The position numbers were made by a program, and so were the translations under genes. This document shows, one piece after another, positions 10,531 to 19,059 of a stretch of 64,000 nucleotides of DNA (positions are counted from its first letter, which is position 1; every line of letters begins with the position of its first letter). The DNA lies in assembly GCF_039768865.1 (NCBI RefSeq), contig NZ_JBDMZQ010000025.1. One strand, given 5' to 3'. A model generated the notes under the pieces. It worked only from the letters and a program-made list of their open reading frames with translations, ran no database searches and was not told where the DNA came from. This DNA is from Wenyingzhuangia sp. (GTDB taxonomy: Bacteria > Bacteroidota > Bacteroidia > Flavobacteriales > Flavobacteriaceae).

Positions 10531-11013
10531 TTATTTTTGAATATTATTAAATTTTAGAGATAAAGAATTGACACAATATCTTTTTCTGTATCTTTTTTTT
10601 AACTTATCCGTAAAGAAATGACCAAGATGACCATCACAAACATTACAGGTAATTTCTGTTCTGTTCATTTCATATCTATTGTCTTCATGAAAATGTACAT
10701 TATTGCTAATGTGGTCGTTAAAAGAGGGCCAACCCGTACCAGAATCAAATTTACTTTCGGAGGTAAATAGTGGTGTATTACAGCCAGCACAATGGTAAAT
10801 TCCTTCTTCGTAAAATTTGTTGTACTCTCCAGAAAAGGCATATTCTGTCCCTTTTTTTCTGAGTATTTCGTATTGTAATGGAGTCAATGCTTTTTTCCAT
10901 TCAGCATCTGTTTTTGTGATTTTTGTCTGCCCATTCATGTCGTTGACAAAAAGAGACAAAAAGGAGAAAAGAATAAGTAGAAATTTGATATTCATAATTG
11001 TTGTAAATTTCAT
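10531..11013 (-). CDS. msrB: Peptide-methionine (R)-S-oxide reductase with signal peptide
   Basis: LRKKGTE, CAGC and CNVC Zn sites, SKFDSGTGWPSF, GHLGH, RYCVNS; alternative start at 10995. Confidence 0.9.
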   Translation of the reverse strand: MKFTTIMNIKFLLILFSFLSLFVNDMNGQTKITKTDAEWKKALTPLQYEILRKKGTEYAFSGEYNKFYEEGIYHCAGCNTPLFTSESKFDSGTGWPSFNDHISNNVHFHEDNRYEMNRTEITCNVCDGHLGHFFTDKLKKRYRKRYCVNSLSLKFNNIQK

Positions 11014-11132
11014 AATGGTGTTGTGTGAAAAAACAGGAAAAGTATTGTTTTCGGTATGATGAGCTCTCTTGAGCGTAAAAGTTATGTTTTAAAATTTTAG
11101 TTGTAATAAAATAATATAACATCAGTAAATCC

Positions 11133-11324
11133 TTAGTTATTTATTGTTGAGTTTATACCAGATTTGATAGGGATTGATTTGTTATTAATCTTCAACCAAA
11201 CATATAAGCAATAACAATCAGAACAAGTGTACAGTCTAATAAAAGAAAAGATTTTTAAAAAGTATTTTTTCTTTCTTCTATACTTCAAATTACTGTTGCA
11301 GATAGGACAGTTTTTCTTCTCCAT
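11133..11324 (-). CDS. Small basic zinc-ribbon-like protein
   Basis: CPIC...CSDC; own TAAATTTG -7 box (11346-11353, minus strand) and A-rich initiation region. Confidence 0.6.
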   Translation of the reverse strand: MEKKNCPICNSNLKYRRKKKYFLKIFSFIRLYTCSDCYCLYVWLKINNKSIPIKSGINSTINN

Positions 11325-11595
11325 TGTTTAAATCATTAGATTCATCAAATTTAATTTTTTTTTTGCGTGTCTCCAAATAAGACTTTTCTATTTCCCTGTG
11401 TTGCTTTTTTTAGAGATATAAAATATGCCTGTTCTAAAGCGTTCGTTTTGTTACAGAATCATCTAACAGAAAAGTAAAAAAAGTACAAATTTTAAGGAAC
11501 TGATTTTAGGGAGATATATTATTGGTTTATTTGGTTATATATGTATAAATATTTATTATTTTTGTTGCTCATTCTAAACCTAAAACACCTAGAAT

Positions 11596-12870
11596 ATGAA
11601 ACGTGATCAAGTCGTTTTTGATTTAATTCAAGATGAAAAAGAAAGACAATTAAAAGGAATAGAGCTAATTGCTTCTGAAAACTTTGTAAGTGAGCAAGTT
11701 ATGCAAGCTCAAGGTTCTGTTTTAACCAATAAATATGCTGAAGGATATCCTGGAAAGAGATATTATGGAGGATGCGAGGTTGTGGATGTTGTTGAGCAAC
11801 TAGCCATTGATAGAGCGAAAGAACTTTATGGAGCAGCTTATGTAAATGTACAACCACATTCAGGATCTCAAGCAAATGCTGCTGTGTTTTTTGCAGTATT
11901 AAAGCCAGGGGATACTATTTTAGGTTTTGATTTATCTCATGGTGGGCATTTGACTCACGGTTCTCCTGTAAATTTTTCAGGAAAAATTTACAGAGGAGTT
12001 CATTACGGTGTGGATAAAGAAACTGAAGTTTTAAATTATGAAAACATCTTAGAAATAGCAAAAGCGGAAAAGCCAAATATGATTGTGGCAGGTGCTTCTT
12101 CTTATTCTAGAGATATAGATTTTGCCAAATTCAGAGAAATTGCAAATGAGGTAGGCGCATACTTATTGGCTGATATTTCTCATCCTTCTGGAATGATTGC
12201 AAAAGGTATTTTGAATGATCCCATGCCACATTGTGATTTTGTAACGACAACTACTCATAAAACTTTAAGAGGTCCAAGAGGAGGAATGATTATGATGGGT
12301 CAAGATTTTGAGAATAGAGACGGACTTACTCTAAAGAACGGTTCGTTGAAGAAAATGTCTACCATTCTCAATAGTGCTGTATTTCCAGGAATGCAAGGTG
12401 GTCCTTTAGAGCATGTGATTGCTGCTAAGGCTATAGCTTTTGGAGAAGCTTTGACAGACGAGTATTTACAATACCAAGTTCAAGTAAAAAAGAATGCAGC
12501 TAGATTGGCAAAAGAATTAGTAAGCAAAGATTACAAAATTATTTCTGGTGGAACAGATAATCATTGTATGCTTATAGATTTAAGAAATAAAAACTTGTCT
12601 GGAAAAGATGCAGAGCAAGCATTGGTAAAAGCGGATATTACGGTAAATAAGAACATGGTTCCTTATGATACTCGTTCTCCATTCGTAACTTCTGGAATAC
12701 GTTTAGGTGCTTCTGCGATTACTACCCGTGGTTTAAAAGAAGAGGATATGGCAACCATTGCTAATTTTATTGATGAAGTTATAAATAACTTTGAGAATCA
12801 AGAGCTATTGGAAGCTGTTGCTGCGAAAGTTAACGGATTTATGCAAGACAGACCTTTGTTCCAGTGGTAA
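11596..12870 (+). CDS. glyA: Serine hydroxymethyltransferase
   Basis: [35 protein letters not shown]. Confidence 0.99.
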   Translation: MKRDQVVFDLIQDEKERQLKGIELIASENFVSEQVMQAQGSVLTNKYAEGYPGKRYYGGCEVVDVVEQLAIDRAKELYGAAYVNVQPHSGSQANAAVFFAVLKPGDTILGFDLSHGGHLTHGSPVNFSGKIYRGVHYGVDKETEVLNYENILEIAKAEKPNMIVAGASSYSRDIDFAKFREIANEVGAYLLADISHPSGMIAKGILNDPMPHCDFVTTTTHKTLRGPRGGMIMMGQDFENRDGLTLKNGSLKKMSTILNSAVFPGMQGGPLEHVIAAKAIAFGEALTDEYLQYQVQVKKNAARLAKELVSKDYKIISGGTDNHCMLIDLRNKNLSGKDAEQALVKADITVNKNMVPYDTRSPFVTSGIRLGASAITTRGLKEEDMATIANFIDEVINNFENQELLEAVAAKVNGFMQDRPLFQW

Positions 12871-12891
12871 TCTTGTGAAAGTAATAAGATT

Positions 12892-12920
12892 AAAAAAAGT
12901 CGCTAATAGCGGCTTTTTTT
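12892..12920. terminator. Bidirectional intrinsic terminator after glyA
   Basis: A7-GTCGCT-AAT-AGCGGC-T7. Confidence 0.8.
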
Positions 12921-13083
12921 ATTTTGGTGAGAGCTTCTCAATCCTTTTTTGGTGGTATAGTTTTTCAGGCTCTTTGCTGTAGTCACACTCCTGAAAAATC
13001 CCACAAGAAGTATTTGTTCTCACCAAAGATTTAGTGTTTTGTAATTTGGATAAGGCTTCTATGTCTTTGCTTAAGTATTTCAC
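12919..13083 (-). CDS. Candidate 54-aa small protein (below the ORF-track cut-off)
   Basis: GTG 13083 to TAA 12919: MKYLSKDIEALSKLQNTKSLVRTNTSCGIFQECDYSKEPEKLYHQKRIEKLSPK. TAGATTTG -7 box at 13109-13116; stop lies at the shared terminator. Confidence 0.5.
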   Translation of the reverse strand: MKYLSKDIEALSKLQNTKSLVRTNTSCGIFQECDYSKEPEKLYHQKRIEKLSPK

Positions 13084-13256
13084 GATATTTATATATTAAA
13101 TTAGTAAACAAATCTAACTGGGATAAAGATAAATAAAACGAATCATCTCTAAACTGCCTTATAGCAGTTTGGATCATTTAATTAGAATGATAATAAACTT
13201 GTTTTTTTATTTGTAAATCAGGTTATTTAATACATTTGTTAAAGATACAATTATAC

Positions 13257-13883
13257 ATGCTGGCAGATTTACAACTACATTACGGACATATTTTTGAAAA
13301 AAAATTAATAGAGGAAATCAACAGGGTTGCGACTTTAAAAAAAGTATCCTCAGGAACTACTCTAATGGATATAGGTCAATATATCAAATCTATGCCCTTG
13401 TTGATTGAGGGTGCCATTAAAATTCTGAGAGAGGACGATGACGGTGATGAGTTACTATTATATTTTTTAGAAAAAGGAGATACTTGTGCAATGACCATGA
13501 CTTGCTGTGTAGGAAATCACAAAAGTGAAATCAGAGCAGTAACAGAACTAGATACCATTCTGGTTATGATCCCCATCGAAAAAATGGAAGAATGGACAGG
13601 TAAATACAAAAGTTGGAGACAATTTGTGTTTGATAGTTATCATAATAGGTTGATGGAACTATTGGAAACGGTAGATAATATTGCCTTCAAAAAAATGGAT
13701 GAAAGATTGTTAAAGTATTTGCAAGATAAAGTTGCAGTTACGGGAAGCTCTCAAATTAAAAACACACATCAAGAAATAGCTTATGAGTTACACACTTCAA
13801 GAGTTGTTATAAGCAGGTTGTTGAAAAAGTTGGAGCAGAAAGGAATTATAGAATTACGAAGAAACTCCTTAAATGTTTTATAA
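13257..13883 (+). CDS. Crp/Fnr family transcriptional regulator
   Basis: cNMP-binding fold (EGAIKILRE...LLYFLEKGD), C-helix (MDERL), HTH THQEIAYELHTSRVVISRLLK; Cys cluster CAMTMTCC; TACATTTG -7 box at 13231. Confidence 0.95.
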   Translation: MLADLQLHYGHIFEKKLIEEINRVATLKKVSSGTTLMDIGQYIKSMPLLIEGAIKILREDDDGDELLLYFLEKGDTCAMTMTCCVGNHKSEIRAVTELDTILVMIPIEKMEEWTGKYKSWRQFVFDSYHNRLMELLETVDNIAFKKMDERLLKYLQDKVAVTGSSQIKNTHQEIAYELHTSRVVISRLLKKLEQKGIIELRRNSLNVL

Positions 13884-13916
13884 AAAAACACTCTGAAGAA
13901 ATTTAGAGTGCTTTTT
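13882..13916. terminator. Bidirectional terminator between Crp/Fnr gene and serB
   Basis: A7-CACTCTGAA-GAAA-TTTAGAGTG-C-T5. Confidence 0.7.
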
Positions 13917-13927
13917 GAATACATATA

Positions 13928-15166
13928 TTACATCAAATCAATGTGTCGATCTTGGTACCCTAATAAATAGAGAACCCCATCTAGACCAAGACTTGAAATA
14001 GAACTTTCAGCACTTTCTTTTACTTTTGGTTTTGCATGAAAAGCAATACCTAAACCGGCTAGATTTAGCATGGCCAAATCATTAGCACCATCACCAACTG
14101 CTATGGTTTGATTGATATGGATACCTTCTTTCTTGGCGATGGCTTTTAAGTATTCTGCCTTTTTATTTCCATCTACGATGTCTCCCAAGTAGCCACCTGT
14201 TAAGGCTCCATTCTTTATTTCTAATTGGTTGGCATGAACATAATCAATTCCTAATTCTTTTTGTAGATATTCGGCAAAGTAAGTGAAGCCTCCCGATAAA
14301 ATAGCAGTTTTAAAACCATAGTATTTCAGCGCTTTAAACAAACGGTGGGCACCTTTCGTAATTGGTAGATTCACTGCAACTTCTCGAAGAACTTCTTCAC
14401 TTAGTCCTTCTAACATGGCCATACGTTTTTTAAAGCTAGTATTGAAATCTATTTCACCACGCATTGCCGATTCTGTGATTGCAGAAACTTGTTCACCTAC
14501 TCCCGCCAACTCTGCAAGTTTATCTATAACTTCAGCTTGAATCAGAGTGGAGTCCATATCAAAACAAACCAAGCGTCTATTTCTTCGGTAGATATTGTCT
14601 TCTTGAAAGGACAAGTCTACGTTTAAATCTTTTGAAATCTTCATAAACTTAGAAGTCATCTCTTCTTTATTTCTCAATTCCCCTCTAACAGAAAGTTGAA
14701 TACAGGATCTTGGTTGCTCTTTGTTTTCAAGTTTGTCTACTAGAGAAGTTCGCCCAGTTAAACGTTTGATTGCATCAATATTTAGATTTTCTTCAGCCAT
14801 TACTTGCGTTACGGAAGAAACTTGTGATGCTGCTAGGGTTTCACCGAGAATCGTTACAATGTATCGAGATTTACCTTGTGAGGTTACCCATTTTTCATAG
14901 TCCTCTACTGAGATGGGAATAAATTTAACTTTGATATCTAATTCATAGGCTTTGAACAATAAATCTTTTAAAACAGATCCAGAGTCTTTGCCAGTTGGAA
15001 CTTCGAATAACATACCTAAAGATAAGGTGTCGTGAATGTCAGCCTGTCCAATATCTAAAATATTAGCATTGTATTGCGCTAAGACAGAAGTTAAACCTGA
15101 GGTTACTCCGGGTTTATCGTGGCCTGAAACCTTTAGTAATATGATTTCTTTTTGTGACTTTTCCAT
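13928..15166 (-). CDS. serB: Phosphoserine phosphatase with two ACT domains
   Basis: SGHDKPGV ACT domain, FDMDSTLI HAD motif, LSGGF, GDGANDL. Confidence 0.96.
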   Translation of the reverse strand: MEKSQKEIILLKVSGHDKPGVTSGLTSVLAQYNANILDIGQADIHDTLSLGMLFEVPTGKDSGSVLKDLLFKAYELDIKVKFIPISVEDYEKWVTSQGKSRYIVTILGETLAASQVSSVTQVMAEENLNIDAIKRLTGRTSLVDKLENKEQPRSCIQLSVRGELRNKEEMTSKFMKISKDLNVDLSFQEDNIYRRNRRLVCFDMDSTLIQAEVIDKLAELAGVGEQVSAITESAMRGEIDFNTSFKKRMAMLEGLSEEVLREVAVNLPITKGAHRLFKALKYYGFKTAILSGGFTYFAEYLQKELGIDYVHANQLEIKNGALTGGYLGDIVDGNKKAEYLKAIAKKEGIHINQTIAVGDGANDLAMLNLAGLGIAFHAKPKVKESAESSISSLGLDGVLYLLGYQDRHIDLM

Positions 15167-15252
15167 TTGGAAGTTTATAAGTATGCGTTAGAAAGTGTAA
15201 AAATGCCCAATATTGATGATATAAACAAAGTAATCGATTAGATTTTTTTAGT

Positions 15253-15266
15253 GTAACTTTTGTTAC
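15253..15266. promoter_or_regulatory. Palindromic operator GTAAC-TTTT-GTTAC upstream of sulP
   Basis: Inverted repeat ending 22 nt before TAGTTTTG (15289-15296); second copy at 17043. Confidence 0.75.
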
Positions 15267-15317
15267 TGTAAATAGTTGGGGATCTTGTTAGTTTTGACAA
15301 CAGTTAATTCTACTAAT

Positions 15318-17039
15318 ATGAAACAATATTTTCCAATCCTAAGTTGGCTGCCTAATTATAAGAAAACCTTTCTTTATGGAGATGTTATGGCTGGTATTAC
15401 GGTAGGAATCTTACTTATACCGCAGGGTATGGCCTATGCTATGATTGCAGGGTTGCCTCCAGTTTTTGGATTGTATGCGGCATTAATGCCACAAGTTATA
15501 TATACGATTTTGGGAACTTCAAGACAATTATCTGTTGGTCCAGTAGCTATGGATTCTTTATTGGTAGCTGCAAGTTTAGGAGCTTTGGGAATTACGGGTA
15601 TTGACAATTACATTGCAATGGCTATTTTTCTTTCTTTGTTTATGGGAGTGTTTCAATTACTTCTTGGCCTTTTTCGTTTGGGTTTTTTAGTTAATTTTTT
15701 GTCGAAACCTGTAATTAGTGGATTCACTTCTGCTGCAGCTATTGTTATTGGGTTAAGTCAGTTGAAACACTTTTTAGGAATTTCAATCCAAGGAAGTTCG
15801 AAGTTACATGAACTACTAAAACAGGTCTACTTAGAAAGTTCAGAAATTCACATATATACGTTACTAATCAGTTTTTTGGGTATCGTATTAATTGTTCTAC
15901 TAAAAAAATATTCACCAAAAATACCTTCGGCTTTAGTAGTTGTTTTACTTGGTACATTAGTGGTTTATTATTTCAATTTAGAGAATTTAGGTGTGAAGAT
16001 TGTTGGAGATATTCCACAAGGTTTACCAAGTTTTGAAGTTCCTGATTTTCAAAGTATACCATTATCAAAGTTAACTCCTTTGGCATTGACATTAGCTCTA
16101 GTTGCTTATATGGAGGCGATTTCTGTTTCTAAATCATTGGAAGAAAGTCAAGAGAACTATCAAGTAGATGCAAATCAAGAATTAGTCGCCCTAGGGATGT
16201 CAAATATTGTAGGCTCTTTTTTTAGGTCTTATCCAACAACAGGGGGGTTTTCTAGAACAGCTGTGAATAATCAGGCTGGTGCTTTCACGGGAGTTTCTAG
16301 TGTTGTAAGTGCTTTTGTTATAGGTTTGACACTGTTGTTTCTGACCCCTTTATTTTACTATTTACCAAACGCGGTGTTGGCTTCAATGATTATGGTTGCC
16401 GTGTATAATTTAATAGATTTTAAATTACCTATTGTCTTATGGGAGCAAAACCGAGATGAGTTTTTCTTGTTGATAACAACTTTTTTGATTACTCTATTTG
16501 TGGGAATTACTCAAGGGATTTTAATTGGAATGATGTCTTCCTTAGTACTGATGATCTACAGAACTTCTCAACCTCATATTGCTGTTTTGGCAAGAATAGA
16601 GGGGAGTGATTATTTCAAAAATATTGAAAGATTTCACGAGCAAGTAAAAGAAAGAGATGATTTGTTAATCATACGTTTTGATGCTCAATTATTTTTTGGA
16701 AATAAAGATTTTTTTAAGAAAAAGTTAGACTCGTTGGTAGCGAAGAAAAAAGAAACCCTGAGGTTAGTTGTTTTAAATGCCGAATCAATAAGTTATATAG
16801 ATAGTAGTGCAAATGCCATGCTATTGCAATACATACAAACATTAAAACAACATAACATACAGTTTTTTATATCTGGTGCCATAGGCCCTACAAGAGATGT
16901 TCTTTTTAATAATGGAATCATAGACGAATTAGGGAAAGACAATCTATTTGTAAGAACTTATGAAGCTGTGGATTGTTATGACGGAGTGGTTTGTAAGGAT
17001 GATTTACAGAATAAAATTTGCCAGCAGACTGTTCGTTAG
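15318..17039 (+). CDS. SulP/SLC26 anion transporter with STAS domain
   Basis: GDVMAGITV, PQGMAYA, GTSRQLSVGP, NQELVALG, GGFSRTAVN, STAS (RFDAQLFFGN, YIDSS). Confidence 0.96.
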   Translation: MKQYFPILSWLPNYKKTFLYGDVMAGITVGILLIPQGMAYAMIAGLPPVFGLYAALMPQVIYTILGTSRQLSVGPVAMDSLLVAASLGALGITGIDNYIAMAIFLSLFMGVFQLLLGLFRLGFLVNFLSKPVISGFTSAAAIVIGLSQLKHFLGISIQGSSKLHELLKQVYLESSEIHIYTLLISFLGIVLIVLLKKYSPKIPSALVVVLLGTLVVYYFNLENLGVKIVGDIPQGLPSFEVPDFQSIPLSKLTPLALTLALVAYMEAISVSKSLEESQENYQVDANQELVALGMSNIVGSFFRSYPTTGGFSRTAVNNQAGAFTGVSSVVSAFVIGLTLLFLTPLFYYLPNAVLASMIMVAVYNLIDFKLPIVLWEQNRDEFFLLITTFLITLFVGITQGILIGMMSSLVLMIYRTSQPHIAVLARIEGSDYFKNIERFHEQVKERDDLLIIRFDAQLFFGNKDFFKKKLDSLVAKKKETLRLVVLNAESISYIDSSANAMLLQYIQTLKQHNIQFFISGAIGPTRDVLFNNGIIDELGKDNLFVRTYEAVDCYDGVVCKDDLQNKICQQTVR

Positions 17040-17042
17040 ACT

Positions 17043-17056
17043 GTAACTATTGTTAC
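17043..17056. promoter_or_regulatory. Palindromic operator GTAAC-TATT-GTTAC upstream of the persulfide dioxygenase gene
   Basis: Inverted repeat ending 22 nt before TATTTTTG (17079-17086). Confidence 0.75.
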
Positions 17057-17108
17057 TGTGTTCGTAGGTAAACAATATTATTTTTGAATAAAATTAAAAT
17101 TTATAAAA

Positions 17109-18515
17109 ATGAAAATACAACAAATTTATACAGGGTGTTTGGCACAAGGAGCGTACTACATCGAAAGCCATGGGGAAGTAGCGATTATTGATCCACTTAG
17201 AGAAGTGCAACCTTACATTGATATGGCAACAAAGAGCGGAGCTCAAATTAAGTATATATTTGAAACTCATTTTCACGCTGATTTTGTTAGTGGGCATGTT
17301 ACCTTGTCAAAAAAAACAGGAGCTCCAATCGTTTATGGACCTAATGCAAGTACTACTTTTGATGCTATTATAGCAGAAGATCATCAGGAGTTTATGATAG
17401 GGGAAATAACAATTGTTGCCCTGCATACTCCTGGGCATACGATGGAATCTACAACTTATTTACTGAAAGATGAAGATGGGAAACACCATGCTTTGTTTAC
17501 AGGGGACACATTGTTTCTAGGAGATGTTGGTAGACCTGATTTGGCTCAAAAATCGGCAAGTATGACTCAAGAGGATTTAGCAGGTACGTTATATCATAGT
17601 TTGCGTAACAAGATAATGCCTTTGTCTGATGAATTAATCATTTATCCTGGTCATGGTGCAGGATCTGCATGTGGTAAAAATTTAAGCAAGGAGACTACCG
17701 GAACTTTGGGTGATCAAAAAGAAAATAATTATGCTTTAAGAGCAGATATGACAAAAGAGGAATTTGTAAAGGAGGTCACGAGTGGTTTGATGCCTCCTCC
17801 AAAATATTTTCCATTAAATGTAAAAATGAATAAAGAAGGGTATGACGATATTTCTGATGTTATTACCCAAGGAACTCATGAGTTAAATCCTCAAGAGTTA
17901 GAGTTGTTGGCCAATGAGACAGGTGCTTTAGTATTAGACGTTAGGTCTCAGGAAGAATTTGCGAAAGGCCACATTCCTCAATCCATATTTATTGGAATAG
18001 ATGGTGGATTTGCGCCTTGGGTTGGAGCATTAATAGGAGATGTAAAACAACCTATAGTATTGATTATTCCTGAGGGTCGAGAAGAAGAAACCATTACACG
18101 TTTGTCCAGAGTTGGTTTTGATAATACTTTAGGTTATTTAAAAGGAGGTTTCGAGTCATGGGTTAATGCAGGGAGAGAGTATGATACTGTAAATCAGATA
18201 GAACCGACTGACTTAAAGAGAATAATTTTGGATGAAACAGAAATTTTTGATGTAAGAAAGCCAACAGAGTTTATTTCTGAAAGATTACCTCAAGCAAAGA
18301 ATGCTTCTTTAGAAGAAATTAATGAGCATTTAAATGCCTTTCCATCAGAAGGTAATTTTTACCTACATTGTGCGGGGGGATACAGGAGTATGATTGCTGC
18401 TTCTATTCTGAAAAGTAGAGGTATTCACAATTTTATTGATGTTGTAGGAGGGTTTGCTAAAATAAAATCAACAGGTTTTAATGTAACGGATTATGTTTGT
18501 CCATCAACACTATAA
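17109..18515 (+). CDS. MBL-fold persulfide dioxygenase fused to two rhodanese domains (CstB-like)
   Basis: ETHFHADFVSGH, TPGHT, FTGDTLF-GDVGRPDL, PGHGAGSACG; Cys-less middle rhodanese; C-terminal rhodanese HCAGGYRS. Confidence 0.9.
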   Translation: MKIQQIYTGCLAQGAYYIESHGEVAIIDPLREVQPYIDMATKSGAQIKYIFETHFHADFVSGHVTLSKKTGAPIVYGPNASTTFDAIIAEDHQEFMIGEITIVALHTPGHTMESTTYLLKDEDGKHHALFTGDTLFLGDVGRPDLAQKSASMTQEDLAGTLYHSLRNKIMPLSDELIIYPGHGAGSACGKNLSKETTGTLGDQKENNYALRADMTKEEFVKEVTSGLMPPPKYFPLNVKMNKEGYDDISDVITQGTHELNPQELELLANETGALVLDVRSQEEFAKGHIPQSIFIGIDGGFAPWVGALIGDVKQPIVLIIPEGREEETITRLSRVGFDNTLGYLKGGFESWVNAGREYDTVNQIEPTDLKRIILDETEIFDVRKPTEFISERLPQAKNASLEEINEHLNAFPSEGNFYLHCAGGYRSMIAASILKSRGIHNFIDVVGGFAKIKSTGFNVTDYVCPSTL

Positions 18516-18517
18516 AA

Positions 18518-18901
18518 ATGAATAAAATGTTATACATATCAATCTTCATAGTTTTAATCGCATTTTTAATTCTTCAGCAACTAAATGCTAGAAAAATAAA
18601 GGATAATAGGATAGAACTTACAGAATTCAAAAAAGGTATCCTTCAAAAAGATGTACAATTAATTGATGTAAGAACGGCATCAGAATTTAAAAGTGGACAC
18701 ATCAACGGGGCAAAAAATATTGATGTATTATCTGCTCAATTTAAAGAGAGAATTAAAAACTTAGAGACTTCGAAGCCAACCTACTTATATTGCAGATCAG
18801 GAAAAAGAAGTCAAAAAGCTTTAAAAATAATGCTTAATCAAGGATTCGTTGATGTATATGATCTGGTAGGAGGCTATACCATTTGGAGGTCTGATAAGTA
18901 G
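18518..18901 (+). CDS. Single-domain rhodanese with N-terminal signal/TM anchor
   Basis: LIDVRT.SEF..GHINGA, YCRSGKRS, DLVGG; hydrophobic N-terminus. Confidence 0.9.
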   Translation: MNKMLYISIFIVLIAFLILQQLNARKIKDNRIELTEFKKGILQKDVQLIDVRTASEFKSGHINGAKNIDVLSAQFKERIKNLETSKPTYLYCRSGKRSQKALKIMLNQGFVDVYDLVGGYTIWRSDK

Positions 18902-18923
18902 TTTAAGTAGTGATTTTAGTTTT

Positions 18924-18956
18924 AAACCACCCCAATCTATATTGGGGTGGTTTTTT
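18924..18956 (+). terminator. Intrinsic terminator closing the sulfur gene run
   Basis: AAACCACCCCAAT-CTAT-ATTGGGGTGGTTTTTT. Confidence 0.9.
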
Positions 18957-19059
18957 GTGAATGATAATTAATTGGTTTGGTAGAGGTATAAATTTTTAAT
19001 GAATGGCAATAGGTTATTCATTTGTATTATTATATTATTTTTGTAAAAAGAAATGAAAC

